A program made the translations under genes and the position numbers. Shown here piece after piece: positions 29,565 to 41,103 of a stretch of 64,000 nucleotides of DNA. The stretch comes from Trueperaceae bacterium. Lineage in GTDB: Bacteria > Deinococcota > Deinococci > Deinococcales > Trueperaceae. Numbering within the stretch: the first letter of the stretch is position 1; each line of letters starts with the position of its first letter. The notes under the pieces are model-generated. The model ran no database searches and was not told the origin of the DNA. It was given only the letters and a program-made list of their open reading frames with translations. The stretch spans positions 320,001 through 384,000 of the forward strand of contig JAXHNB010000001.1 in assembly GCA_034520945.1 (NCBI GenBank). The letters are read 5' to 3'.

Positions 29565-30437
29565 TTAGGGCGCCAGGACGCGAAGCGACTCGGGGCGTAC
29601 GCCGAGCTCGAACAGGCGTGCCGGGGGATAGCATTCGCCGTCCAGATGCACCGCCCGGGGCGTCGCCCAGCGAAGCGACAGCGCGGTGCCGCGGAGCCAC
29701 TGCACGCGCGGATGCGACAGGTGGCGCCCGACGAGGACGCGGGGGAGGAGGCCGATCGCGCCCGCGCGGCCCACCGCCCCGGCGATGAGGACGTCGAGAC
29801 GCCCGTCGTCGATGCGCGCCTCGGGGCAGAACCGGAACGAACCCCCCGTCCTGGGGCCGTTCTGGGTGGACACCAACAGGCTGGCCCCCTCGTAGACGAC
29901 GCGGCCGTCGAGGCGGACCTCGACGCGCGCCAGGCTCAGGTCCCGCAGGCTGGTGGCCACGGCCCACAGGTAGGCGGCGAAGCCCGCCAGGGGCGCCGGC
30001 GCGGCCGCCACCCGTCGGCCCACCTCGGCGTCGAAGCCGACGCCGGCGGCGTTCAGGAACGCATTCCCGTTGCAGACGCCGGTGTCGACGGTGCGGACGC
30101 GGCCCGCCGCGATCACGTCGACCGCGCGGGCCACGGCGTCGCGGGGGATCCCCAGGGCGTAGGCGAAGTCGTCGCCCGATCCGACCGGCACCACGCCGAG
30201 GACGCGCCCGGTGCCGATGCAGGCGCCGGCGACCTCGTGCGAGGTCCCGTCCCCCCCGACCGCGATCACGGTGGCGTCGGGCGGGAGGCCCGAAGCCAGC
30301 ACGCGGGCGTGGCCCGGTCCCTCGGTCGTCCAGACCGTGGACGCCACGCCGCGCGCCGCCAGCGCCTCGCGAAGGCGCTTTGCTATGTGGCGCGCCCGAC
30401 CGCGGCCGGCCACGGGATTGTGGATCAGGTGCAGCAT
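29565..30437 (-). CDS. Diacylglycerol/lipid kinase family protein (YegS/DAGK)
   Basis: NPVAGRG, GGDGT, PVGSGDDFA, GVGFDA and DGE. Confidence 0.92.
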   Translation of the reverse strand: MLHLIHNPVAGRGRARHIAKRLREALAARGVASTVWTTEGPGHARVLASGLPPDATVIAVGGDGTSHEVAGACIGTGRVLGVVPVGSGDDFAYALGIPRDAVARAVDVIAAGRVRTVDTGVCNGNAFLNAAGVGFDAEVGRRVAAAPAPLAGFAAYLWAVATSLRDLSLARVEVRLDGRVVYEGASLLVSTQNGPRTGGSFRFCPEARIDDGRLDVLIAGAVGRAGAIGLLPRVLVGRHLSHPRVQWLRGTALSLRWATPRAVHLDGECYPPARLFELGVRPESLRVLAP

Positions 30438-30580
30438 GCGCGAGTCTATCGCGTGGCCGACGCGCGCAGGCCGCGTGGGACGCGGCCGTCGCAGCGGCGG
30501 CAGGCCCGCCGACGCATCGTGTTCGCGCCCGGCGGTACCCGGACGGGGCCCACGCGGGGGGGCGACGGTATGCTCGGGAC

Positions 30581-31246
30581 ATGCCCGACACCGCGGCCCT
30601 GTTCGACGACGCCCGCGTGCCCGACGCGCTCAGGTCGCTCGTGGCGGCGGAACGCCCCTGGGAGGTACTGGCGGCGCTGGACGGGTTCACGGCCGGGCTC
30701 CACGACCACCGCGAAGGCACGGTGCACCCCACGGCCATGGTGGAGGGCGTGGTGGTGATGGGGCGGGGCGCCTCGGTCGGCCCGTACGCGTGGGTGCAGG
30801 GTCCCGCCTGGATCGGCCCGGGCGCGCGCATCGGCCACGCCGCCGTGGTGCGGGGCGGATGCGTGCTGGCGGACGGGGCCCACGTGGGGCACGCCAGCGA
30901 GGTGAAGCGAAGCCTGCTGTTGCAAGGCGCCAAGGTGCCGCACTTCAATTACGTCGGGGACAGCGTGGTCGGTGCGGGCGTGAACCTGGGCGCCGGCGTC
31001 AAGCTGGCCAACCTCAAGAACGACGGGAGCGAGATTCGCGTCGACGGAATCGACACGGGCCTGACCAAGTTCGGCGCCGCGCTCGGGGACGACGTCCGGA
31101 TCGGCTGCAACGCCGTGTTGGGGCCCGGTACGATCGTAGGCGCGCGGACGGTGATCTACGCCGGGGCGGTGGTGCGGGGCGTGGTGGCCGGCGACCAGGT
31201 CGTCAAGCACCGGCCCGTCACCGAGATCGTGGACCGGCGCGTCTGA
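30581..31246 (+). CDS. Left-handed beta-helix acyltransferase (GlmU C-terminal-like)
   Basis: Hexapeptide repeats, EVKRS, PHFNYVGDS..G..VNLGAG and KFGA.LGD. Confidence 0.85.
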   Translation: MPDTAALFDDARVPDALRSLVAAERPWEVLAALDGFTAGLHDHREGTVHPTAMVEGVVVMGRGASVGPYAWVQGPAWIGPGARIGHAAVVRGGCVLADGAHVGHASEVKRSLLLQGAKVPHFNYVGDSVVGAGVNLGAGVKLANLKNDGSEIRVDGIDTGLTKFGAALGDDVRIGCNAVLGPGTIVGARTVIYAGAVVRGVVAGDQVVKHRPVTEIVDRRV

Positions 31247-31256
31247 GCGCCGGCGC

Positions 31257-31994
31257 GTGTTTCCCCTTCGCGACGACAACCCGCGCCATGGCCCCGCGCG
31301 GATCACCTGGACGGTGATGCTGCTGGCCATCGCTGCGTTCCTGGTGCAACTGGGCGCGGCCGGCCCCGGCGCGGCCGACGCCCTGGTTCGAGGCGCCGCG
31401 TTCGTGCCGCGGGCGTTCTTCGCCGACCCGGTCGGCCAGGCCGCCACGCTCGCGACCAGCGCCTTTCTGCACGGAAGCCCGTTGCACCTGATCAGCAACA
31501 TGTTCTTCTTGTTCGTGTTCGGCGACAACGTCGAAGACCGCATGGGGCACGCGCGCTTCGCCGCGTTCTACCTGGCCGGCGCGGTGGTGGCCGCCCTGGC
31601 GCACGCCCTGGTTCGGCCCGACAGCCCCGTCCCCATGGTGGGCGCCTCCGGGGCGATCAGCGCGATCCTGGGCGCGTACGTGCTGCTGTTCCCCCGTCAG
31701 CGCGTGCAGACCTTCGTGCCGCCGCTGTTCCTGCCGTGGCTGATGCTGCGGGTGCTGTTGCCGCTACCCAGGTTCTTCTTGTGGTGGTTGCCCGCCTGGC
31801 TGTACATCGGCTACTGGGCGTTTCTGAACCTGTTGGAGGCGGGCGGGACACTGGGCGCCGGCCCGGTCGCCGACACCGGGGTCGCCTGGTGGGCGCACGT
31901 GGGCGGGTTCGCGTTCGGGCTGGCCATGGTCCGGACGTTCACCCGCCCCCCTGGCGGCGATGGAGGCCCTCAGGCGGGTTCGATCAGCCCGTAG
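31257..31994 (+). CDS. Rhomboid family intramembrane serine protease
   Basis: FLHG..LHL..NM, GDNVED, GASGA and AHVGGF. Confidence 0.92.
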   Translation: MFPLRDDNPRHGPARITWTVMLLAIAAFLVQLGAAGPGAADALVRGAAFVPRAFFADPVGQAATLATSAFLHGSPLHLISNMFFLFVFGDNVEDRMGHARFAAFYLAGAVVAALAHALVRPDSPVPMVGASGAISAILGAYVLLFPRQRVQTFVPPLFLPWLMLRVLLPLPRFFLWWLPAWLYIGYWAFLNLLEAGGTLGAGPVADTGVAWWAHVGGFAFGLAMVRTFTRPPGGDGGPQAGSISP

Positions 31995-32497
31995 TGCCCG
32001 TCCTCCCGCAGGTAGATCACGGCGATCTCCTCGGTGTCCACGTTGCGGAACACGTAGAAGTCGTGCCCCAGCGCCTCCATCTCCATGGCGGCGTCCTCGG
32101 GCCCCATCGGCCGCATCACGTGCCGCTTGGTGCGGACGATGCGCGGCGCGTCCTCCTCTTCGGGCTGCGTGTCCGGTGCGGGCTTCTCCTCCATGCGCTT
32201 GGCCAGGCCGCGCCCCTTGTACTTCTTGAGCTGACGCTCGAGCTTGTCGACGACCAGGTCGACGGCGGCATAGTGGTCCTGGCCGCGTTCCTCGGCCCGG
32301 ACGATGCCGTTGGGCACGTTCACCTGCACCTCGACCTTGGCCGGCTGGCCGCCGATGCGGTCGTTGTACGACATCACCACGCGGGCGTCCACGATCTGAT
32401 CGCTGAAGCGTTCGAGCTTCTCGAGCTTGTCCTCGGCGTAGGTCCGCATTGCGTCGGTGACGTCGATATTGCGGCCAATCATCTTGTAGATGTTCAC
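31970..32497 (-). CDS. hpf: Ribosome hibernation promoting factor (long HPF/RaiA)
   Basis: GRNIDVTDAMR, YAAVDLVVDKLERQLKKYK and LGHDFYVFRN; GAGGAG RBS before the GTG. Confidence 0.93.
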   Translation of the reverse strand: MNIYKMIGRNIDVTDAMRTYAEDKLEKLERFSDQIVDARVVMSYNDRIGGQPAKVEVQVNVPNGIVRAEERGQDHYAAVDLVVDKLERQLKKYKGRGLAKRMEEKPAPDTQPEEEDAPRIVRTKRHVMRPMGPEDAAMEMEALGHDFYVFRNVDTEEIAVIYLREDGHYGLIEPA

Positions 32498-32661
32498 GGG
32501 TTCTCCTCGCTTTCCCACGCGGTCCAGATGGGACCGCGTGCATGCAGTCATGCCGGAAGATACCACCGCGCCCCTCCGGGGCCGCGCCGGCACCGGCGCG
32601 AACGAAGCGCGTGTAGGCCGTGCGTCCCGCGGCCCGCGGACGGGGTGGTAGCCTCGCATCG

Positions 32662-33096
32662 ATGGCCAGGACATGCTCGGACGACTCGCTCCCCTGCCCC
32701 GTGTCGCGCGCGATCGAGGTCTTGCAGGAAAAGTGGGTCTTGAACATCGTCCATACGCTTCTGCGCGGCCCACGCGGCTTCAACGAGTTGGGACGGGACG
32801 TGGGCGGTTGCAACCCCACCACGCTGACGCAACGCTTGGCGCGGCTGGAAGCGATCGGCCTGGTGCACCGTAGCAGTTGCGGGGAAGGAAACCGCAGCGT
32901 ATACGCGTTGACCGAGGCTGGCGAGGCGCTGAGGGACGTGATCGACGCGATCTACGCCTGGTCGGTGGCGCACCTGGACCACGCCGAGACCGTGGATCTG
33001 CCGCGGGTGGAGGTCCGGCTTCCCGAGAAGTACACGGTCGGGCGCGCCAAAGAACGTCCCGGACATGATGTCCCGCACCCCCCTGCCGCATCCTGA
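32662..33096 (+). CDS. HxlR family transcriptional regulator
   Basis: CPVSRAIEVLQEKW...GFNEL...TLTQRL..LE..GLV...YALTEAG. Confidence 0.88.
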   Translation: MARTCSDDSLPCPVSRAIEVLQEKWVLNIVHTLLRGPRGFNELGRDVGGCNPTTLTQRLARLEAIGLVHRSSCGEGNRSVYALTEAGEALRDVIDAIYAWSVAHLDHAETVDLPRVEVRLPEKYTVGRAKERPGHDVPHPPAAS

Positions 33097-33120
33097 GCCT
33101 GTCGCAGTCCGATCGGCGCG

Positions 33121-33960
33121 CTACTTGCGGCGCCCGAACAGGCCGCCGCCGCGCCCCTCGTTGCCGCCGCGGCCCTTCAATTCCTCCAACGCGTCCAGCA
33201 GGGATTTGTTGCGTCGTTCCAGCTCGGTGATGGTCTTCTGCGTCGCCTCGTCCCGCGCCTTGCGCTCGTTTGCCCGCTCCGCCAGCTTGCGGCGCAACTG
33301 CGTGTTCTCGAGCTCCAGGCGCTCGACCTCGTGCCGCAAGCGCGCCAGCGTCTCCTGGTCCTCCGGCGAGGCCTGGTCCGCATCGGATGCGCCCGCGAGC
33401 GTGGCCGGCTCGTCGGCGGGTGGGGGCGTGGCGTTGCGCGGAGCGGGCGGAGCCTCCTGCGCGTCCCGTCCGGGCGGGGGGGCCGCACCTTCGCCCTCCA
33501 AGGGGATCTCCTCCAACGCCTCCTCGATGATCACGGTGCTGTGACCCTCGCGCGGCGGCGTGTACTCGCGCGCGTCCAGGAGACCCTGCACGCGTTCGCG
33601 CAGGTTCTTGTCGCCCAGCGGCCGCGGCAGCACCAGGTCGGCCCCGACACGGCGGGCGCGGGCGCGAGAGGCATCATCGAGGCCGAACCGACCGGACTGC
33701 GGCGCGATCAGGATCACCGGCGTGCGCGCCAAGCGTGACACGCGGCGGATCTTGCCGCAGATCACGTCCCCCGGCACGTCGTCGAGGTTCAACGCCAACA
33801 GGGCAATGTCGGGCGTGGCGCCCTTGAGGTGCTCGAGGGCGTCGCGGCCCGACTCGACCATGTGCACGTCGTACTGCCCCGAAGACAACAACATGTCCAC
33901 CAGCTGCAGTTGCATGCGGTCCGGATCGGCAACCAGCACGTGGAAGGTCGGCGAGGCCAT
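33121..33960 (-). CDS. Atypical receiver-domain protein with a Pro/Ala linker and C-terminal coiled coil
   Basis: REC fold (VLVAD...GRDALE...PDIALL...TPVILI) lacking the phospho-Asp; heptad region after the linker. Confidence 0.8.
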   Translation of the reverse strand: MASPTFHVLVADPDRMQLQLVDMLLSSGQYDVHMVESGRDALEHLKGATPDIALLALNLDDVPGDVICGKIRRVSRLARTPVILIAPQSGRFGLDDASRARARRVGADLVLPRPLGDKNLRERVQGLLDAREYTPPREGHSTVIIEEALEEIPLEGEGAAPPPGRDAQEAPPAPRNATPPPADEPATLAGASDADQASPEDQETLARLRHEVERLELENTQLRRKLAERANERKARDEATQKTITELERRNKSLLDALEELKGRGGNEGRGGGLFGRRK

Positions 33961-34029
33961 GTCGTGTGAGGCTACCACGCATGCCCGCGTGCCGGCGCCC
34001 CCCGCACGCGGGCAGCGCGGGGTCGGCGC

Positions 34030-34263
34030 CTACTCGCGGACCGGCAGGTTGGCGACCATCACCATGCGGTCGCCCTGTTGTTCCAGCTTGACGTCGTACT
34101 CGGACTCGTCGGCCGGAAAGTACTTGCCGATCACCTCCAGCAACTCGGCCTTGAGGTCCTCCATCTTGCCCGGGGTCAGCTTGGCCCGGTCGTAGGAGAG
34201 CACCAGCTTCAGCCGCTCTTTGAGGTGGTCCTTGCTCTTGCGGCGGCCGAACCATCGGAACAT
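34030..34263 (-). CDS. minE: Cell division topological specificity factor MinE
   Basis: SKD.LKERLKLVL.YDR, LK.ELL.VI.KY and ANLP. Confidence 0.95.
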   Translation of the reverse strand: MFRWFGRRKSKDHLKERLKLVLSYDRAKLTPGKMEDLKAELLEVIGKYFPADESEYDVKLEQQGDRMVMVANLPVRE

Positions 34264-35069
34264 CAGCGTCCTCCGAACAAACGCCGCAACCCGCCCAGCA
34301 GGCCGCCGCTGTTGCGCTCGAGCGCCAGGTAGGGGATCTCCTCGCCGAGGATGCGGCGCGCCACGTTGCGGAACTCCGTGCCGGCCTTGTTGGCGTCGTC
34401 CAGGCTGGCGGGATTGCCGAGGTTGGTGGAAACCAGGATGCGCTCGTCCTCCGGGATGATCCCGATCAGCTTGACGCCCAGGATCTCCAGGACGTCGTCG
34501 ACCTCCAGCATGTCGCCACGGTGCACCATCTCGGCGCGCATGCGGTTGATCACCAACCGCACCTCGCTGATGCCCCGCGCCTCCAGCAGGCCGATGATGC
34601 GGTCGGCGTCACGCACGCTGGACACCTCGGGGTTCACCACCACCAGCGCCCCCTCGGCGCCGCTGGCGGCGGTCTGAAAGCCGGACTCGATGCCGGCGGG
34701 GCTGTCGATCACCACACGGTCGAACCCCTCCTCGTCCAGCAACAGGCGCACCGTCTCCTGCATGCGGGCCTCGGACAGGGCGCTCTTGTCCTTGGTCTGC
34801 GAGGCGGCCAGCAGGTAGAGGTTGTCGACCCGCTTGTCGCGGATCAACGCCTGCTTGAGCTTGCAATGCCCCTCGAACACGTCGATCAGGTCGTACACGA
34901 CCCGACCCTCCAGGCCCATCACCACGTCCAGGTTGCGGAGGCCGACGTCGGTGTCGATCACCACGACCTTCTCGCCCTGTTTGGCCAGGGCCGCGCCGAC
35001 GTTCGCGGTGGTGGTGGTCTTGCCGACGCCCCCCTTGCCGGACGTCACCACGATGGATTTGGCGTTCAA
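34263..35069 (-). CDS. minD: Septum site-determining protein MinD
   Basis: SGKGGVGKTT, DVGLRNLD, DSPAGIE, PEVSSVRDADR and the C-terminal MTS GLRRLFG; TTG start after GGAGG. Confidence 0.97.
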   Translation of the reverse strand: MNAKSIVVTSGKGGVGKTTTTANVGAALAKQGEKVVVIDTDVGLRNLDVVMGLEGRVVYDLIDVFEGHCKLKQALIRDKRVDNLYLLAASQTKDKSALSEARMQETVRLLLDEEGFDRVVIDSPAGIESGFQTAASGAEGALVVVNPEVSSVRDADRIIGLLEARGISEVRLVINRMRAEMVHRGDMLEVDDVLEILGVKLIGIIPEDERILVSTNLGNPASLDDANKAGTEFRNVARRILGEEIPYLALERNSGGLLGGLRRLFGGR

Positions 35070-35222
35070 GCTGGCCTCCCTCTCGCCGCGACGCACCGGC
35101 GATGGCGCGGAGTCGCATGCGTGTGGCGCGGGTCGTCTCGAGTGCGAACGATATCATACGCGCCGCGCCCGAGCCGCCGTCCTGGCCGGTTCTCCGGCGC
35201 CCCGGCGGGGACGTTCATGAAA

Positions 35223-35250
35223 CCGGTCACGCGTCCGGTCACGCGTCCGG

Positions 35251-35258
<8 letters not shown>
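35223..35258. repeat. Perfect 12-bp tandem repeat x3 (CCGGTCACGCGT)
   Basis: Copies at 35223, 35235 and 35247; the third contains the pcrA stop codon. Confidence 0.9.
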
Positions 35259-37479
<2,221 letters not shown>

Positions 37480-37633
37480 CGGCCGGACAGTGTACCGTCG
37501 CGCGCGCCGGCGGGTCCGGCGCCGGGCGCTGCGTGGCGGTACGCGGCGGCGCGCGGGGCGCGCGGGGCGCGCGGCGTGGCGCGTGCGTTGCCGCGTGCGT
37601 GACGCGGCAACGAAGCCGGTGCTACCTTCGGGC

Positions 37634-38866
37634 ATGCCCGACGCCGTCCGGTTCGATCCCACCGACCCCGCCTTTCTCCGCGACCCCTACCCGACCTACG
37701 CCCGCCTCCGCGAGGCCGCGCCGGTGCATTGGCACGCGCCGTGGCAGGCGCACGTGATCACGCGCTACCGCGACGTGGACCGCCTGCTGCGCGACCGGCG
37801 GCTGGGACGGGTGTTGGACGGGGCTGGGAAACGACCGCCGAACCCCGAGCACGCGCCGTTCGACCGCATCCAGGAGGGGTCGCTGCTGGAGATCGAGCCG
37901 CCCGACCACACCCGCATCAAACAGGTCGTGCATGACGTGTTCACGCCGAAGCACGTGCGGGCGTTGAGCGCGCGGATCGAGCGGCTCTGCCGCGCCCAGG
38001 CCGATGCCCTCGCCGTCGCGGTCGAGGAGGCCGGCGAGGACGGCGCGGACCTGCTGACCACCTTCGCCGAGCCGATCCCCGTCACCGTCATCGCCGAGCT
38101 GCTGGGCGTGCCGGAGGAGGACCGGCCGGCGTTGCTGCCGTGGTCGAAGGCGATCATCGGCATGTTCGAGCCCGAACGCACCGCCGAGGACGAGGCCGCC
38201 GCGATCCGCGCCGCCGACGAATTCGCGGCCTACCTGCGCGGCCTGGTGGCGGCCAAGCGGCGCCGGCCCGCGGGCGATCTGATCACGCGCATGACGCGCC
38301 TGCATGACGAGGACCCCGCGCGCCTCAGCGAGGACGAGCTGGTCGCCAACGCGATCCTGTTCCTCGACGCGGGCCACGAAGCGGTGGTGAACGTGCTGGG
38401 CAACGGCTTCTGGGCGTTGTTGCGGCATCCCGACGCGCACCGCCGCGTCCGCGACGACCGCGCGTTGCTGCCGACGGCGGTGGAGGAGATGATGCGCTTC
38501 GACACGCCGCTGCAGTTCTTCGAACGGCTGGTGCGCGCGCCGCTTCGGTTCGAAGCCGACGACGGCTCGGTCCACGCCTGGGAGCCCGGCACCAAGCTGG
38601 CGCTGTACTACGCCAGCGCCAACCGCGACTCGGCCGTGTTCGAAACGCCGGACGACTTCGACGTGGCCCGCACGCCGAACCCCCACCTGGCGTTCGGCCT
38701 CGGGGTGCACTACTGCATCGGCGCCCCGCTGGCCCGCTTGGAGCTGACGCACGCGGTGGGCGCCCTGCTGGACCGGCTTCCCACGCTGCGTGCCGCCCAG
38801 GGCGAGGTCGCCTACGTGCCCAAGAACGTGTTTCGCTACCTCGACGCGTTGCGCGTCACCGCCTGA
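37634..38866 (+). CDS. Cytochrome P450
   Basis: DPYP.Y, PPDHTR, AGHEA, EEMMR (ExxR) and the heme motif FGLGVHYCIG. Confidence 0.95.
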   Translation: MPDAVRFDPTDPAFLRDPYPTYARLREAAPVHWHAPWQAHVITRYRDVDRLLRDRRLGRVLDGAGKRPPNPEHAPFDRIQEGSLLEIEPPDHTRIKQVVHDVFTPKHVRALSARIERLCRAQADALAVAVEEAGEDGADLLTTFAEPIPVTVIAELLGVPEEDRPALLPWSKAIIGMFEPERTAEDEAAAIRAADEFAAYLRGLVAAKRRRPAGDLITRMTRLHDEDPARLSEDELVANAILFLDAGHEAVVNVLGNGFWALLRHPDAHRRVRDDRALLPTAVEEMMRFDTPLQFFERLVRAPLRFEADDGSVHAWEPGTKLALYYASANRDSAVFETPDDFDVARTPNPHLAFGLGVHYCIGAPLARLELTHAVGALLDRLPTLRAAQGEVAYVPKNVFRYLDALRVTA

Positions 38867-38910
38867 TCGGCGGCGGGGGGCGGGCCGGGCGCCGTTGGCG
38901 GGCGTTGCTT

Positions 38911-39054
38911 CGGCGCCCCTTGATGCCCATGGGCATCAACGGGCCGAACGTGCGCATGATGCGCGCCGGAGGTAGGACGAACGCCGTGTGGGACGCATCG
39001 TCGTTTTGGAGATGGGTACGCGGGCCCCGTTGCTGCGCATGGGCATCGAGGCGG
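38911..39054. repeat. 144-bp palindromic-ended element, copy A (REPIN/MITE-like)
   Basis: Perfect palindrome TTGATGCCCATGGGCATCAA at 38920-38939 and a degenerate copy 110 bp downstream; collinear with 60344-60487. Confidence 0.85.
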
Positions 39055-39114
39055 CATGCGGAACGAACACCGCGACGCCCGCCCTGCGGGGCGGCGGTGC
39101 GCTATGCTTCGGGC

Positions 39115-39519
39115 ATGGATGATCAGGACAAGGCCTTCTACCAGGCCTGGGCGGAGTTTTTGACGTGGATGCGGGAGATCGCGGCGGAACGCGAGGGCGT
39201 CCGGTTCGAGAAGGAGGGCGACTTCCCCGACTACATCTACCGGATGGAACGGTCCTACGACCTGCCGACGACGGTGATGTCCGCCAGCCTGTCGTTGCCG
39301 GGCGGCCGGCCGGTGCTCCTCGCCTACGCCAGCCCGCGCCACACCGTGTTCAAAGAGGTGGTGCTGCACCCCTTCGACTCTCATGCCTACCGCCAGTTGG
39401 CGCTCGCCAAGGATGGCAAGGGGTTGAGCGAAGGGTCGCGCCGCTTCACCCGAGAACGGCTCGAGCACATGGCGGACGAACTGTTCGCGCTGCCGCGCGT
39501 CACGCAGGCGCCGGCCTGA
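39115..39519 (+). CDS. nqo15: NADH-quinone oxidoreductase subunit 15 (frataxin-like)
   Basis: YQAWAEFLTWMRE...GVRFEKEGDFPDYIYRMERSYDLPTT.M.ASLS...SPRH closely resembles Thermus Nqo15 as I recall it. Confidence 0.88.
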   Translation: MDDQDKAFYQAWAEFLTWMREIAAEREGVRFEKEGDFPDYIYRMERSYDLPTTVMSASLSLPGGRPVLLAYASPRHTVFKEVVLHPFDSHAYRQLALAKDGKGLSEGSRRFTRERLEHMADELFALPRVTQAPA

Positions 39520-39567
39520 AGCCGACCGTTCTGCGCTGAGCGCCGCCTCGACCCGGTCCGCGCCGCT

Positions 39568-40629
39568 TCAGGGCGCGGCCGGGTCCGCACGCGCGTCGGC
39601 CCAGCGCGAGGCCTCCAGCGCGGCGCAGAGGAATCCGCGTCCCCCGAACGCGCCGAACCACCACAACCCGCCGCGTAGCTCCTCGACCCAGGGCCGCAGG
39701 TCGCTCGTGCGGGCCCGCACGCCGGACCAGGCGTCCACCGCGTGCGCCCGGTCCATGCCCGGCACGTGCCGGGCGAGGGCGGCCCGAAGGCGGGCGGGCG
39801 CTTCGGGGTCGGTCGATTCGGGTGGGCGATGGCCGCCGCCGGCGTACGTCACGGCGCCCGCGCTGCCGCCGTACACGCCGCCGGCCAGCGGCAGCGGGAG
39901 CGCCGGACCGCCGCGCAGGGTCACGATGTCGCCGCGTAGCCGCTCCAGCGCGGGCGGGGTCCAGGCACGGCCGGCGTCGTGCACCTCGGGCGCGTCGTCG
40001 GCGCCGACGCACAACACCACCCGGTGCGCCATGGCGATCCGTGCGCCCGCGGCGTCGTGCAGCGTCCAGGGATCGGTGGGGCGTTCACGGGCGAGGCGCG
40101 CGACCCGCACGCCGGACCGAAGGGTCGCGCCGTGCGCGCGCGCCGAGGCGGACAGGGCCGCAAGCCAGGCGGCGGGGTCGATCCAGCCGCCGTCCGCCAC
40201 CCGGATCGCCCCGAGCGGCGCGTGAAACGGGGCTGGGACCGCCTCGGGCGACAGCCACGCCAGCGGGCCGGCCTCCGCTTCGGCGCGTGCGCGCCAGGCG
40301 CGGGCCTGGCGGCGATCGGTGGGCAGGCGCAGCACGCCGCTGCGGTGCGCGCCCGGCGCGCGCCCCTCGGCGCGAAGCGCCTCGGCCCAGCGCCACATGG
40401 TGGCCAGGCCGAGAAGGTCGTCGGGATGGGCGGCGCCCTTGCGGCCGCGCCAGGGGTTCAGCACCGCGAGGGGGAGCGCGGAGGCGCCGGCCGTCGCCGC
40501 GCAGCCCGGAGAGGCGGGCTCGGCGGCCTCCAGCAGCGTCGCGGGGCGGCCACGCACGGCCATGGCGCGCGCCAGCGACCGGCCGGCCACCCCGCCCCCC
40601 ACCACCACGACGTCGGTCGGGTCGGACAC
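39568..40629 (-). CDS. FAD-dependent oxidoreductase (DAO family; MnmC C-terminal-like)
   Basis: VVVGGGVAG, GASA, RG, WSGVRART.D..P and GGRGF. Confidence 0.85.
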   Translation of the reverse strand: MSDPTDVVVVGGGVAGRSLARAMAVRGRPATLLEAAEPASPGCAATAGASALPLAVLNPWRGRKGAAHPDDLLGLATMWRWAEALRAEGRAPGAHRSGVLRLPTDRRQARAWRARAEAEAGPLAWLSPEAVPAPFHAPLGAIRVADGGWIDPAAWLAALSASARAHGATLRSGVRVARLARERPTDPWTLHDAAGARIAMAHRVVLCVGADDAPEVHDAGRAWTPPALERLRGDIVTLRGGPALPLPLAGGVYGGSAGAVTYAGGGHRPPESTDPEAPARLRAALARHVPGMDRAHAVDAWSGVRARTSDLRPWVEELRGGLWWFGAFGGRGFLCAALEASRWADARADPAAP

Positions 40630-40674
40630 GACCCGAGCCTACCGCCGGCGCGCGTCCGGTAGGATGCCGGCACG

Positions 40675-41103
40675 ATGCTAGAGTTCCTGCGCGGCCTCCA
40701 CAACCTGCTTCGTTGGATCATCGTCCTGGGCGGCGTGTACGCCCTGGTGCTGATGCTCCGCGGCCTTCTCGCCCGCGCCCGCTGGACCGCCAAGGAAGGG
40801 ACGGCGGCGCGGACGTTCACCTACGCGCTGCACCTGCAACTGCTGATCGGGTTGATCCTGTACGCCATCACGCCGTTGGTGTCGGGCGGCATGGGGGCGG
40901 CGCTGAGCGGTCGGCTGCTGCTGATCGAGCATGCGGTCCTGATGATCCTGGCGGTCGTCGCGGCGCAGCTCGGGACCTCGCTGGCGCGGCGCGCCCCGCA
41001 GGACCGCACCAAGTTCGTGCGGTCCTTCACCGGCTACCTGGTGGCGATGCTGTTGATCTTCTGGTCCACGCCGTGGGGTCAGAATCTGATTCCCTGGGCC
41101 TGA
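40675..41103 (+). CDS. Four-TM membrane protein (cytochrome b-like His pattern)
   Basis: LHNLLRW, HLQLLIGL.LY, EH..LM and a terminal PW. Confidence 0.75.
   Translation: MLEFLRGLHNLLRWIIVLGGVYALVLMLRGLLARARWTAKEGTAARTFTYALHLQLLIGLILYAITPLVSGGMGAALSGRLLLIEHAVLMILAVVAAQLGTSLARRAPQDRTKFVRSFTGYLVAMLLIFWSTPWGQNLIPWA

Noticed and set aside
30419..30427. TGTGGATCA, a single DnaA-box-like 9-mer
   Set aside because: It is isolated, lies inside a coding sequence and has one mismatch, which is compatible with chance.
34030..35069. Absence of minC next to minDE as a novelty in itself
   Set aside because: minC is often encoded separately, so its absence cannot be judged from one window.
38911..39054. 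Reading the palindromic repeats as a CRISPR array, or as the peptide MPMGINGPNVRM
   Set aside because: There are only two inverted units per locus, the unit spacing is too long for CRISPR, and no cas genes are present. The shared peptide is just the translation of the DNA repeat.
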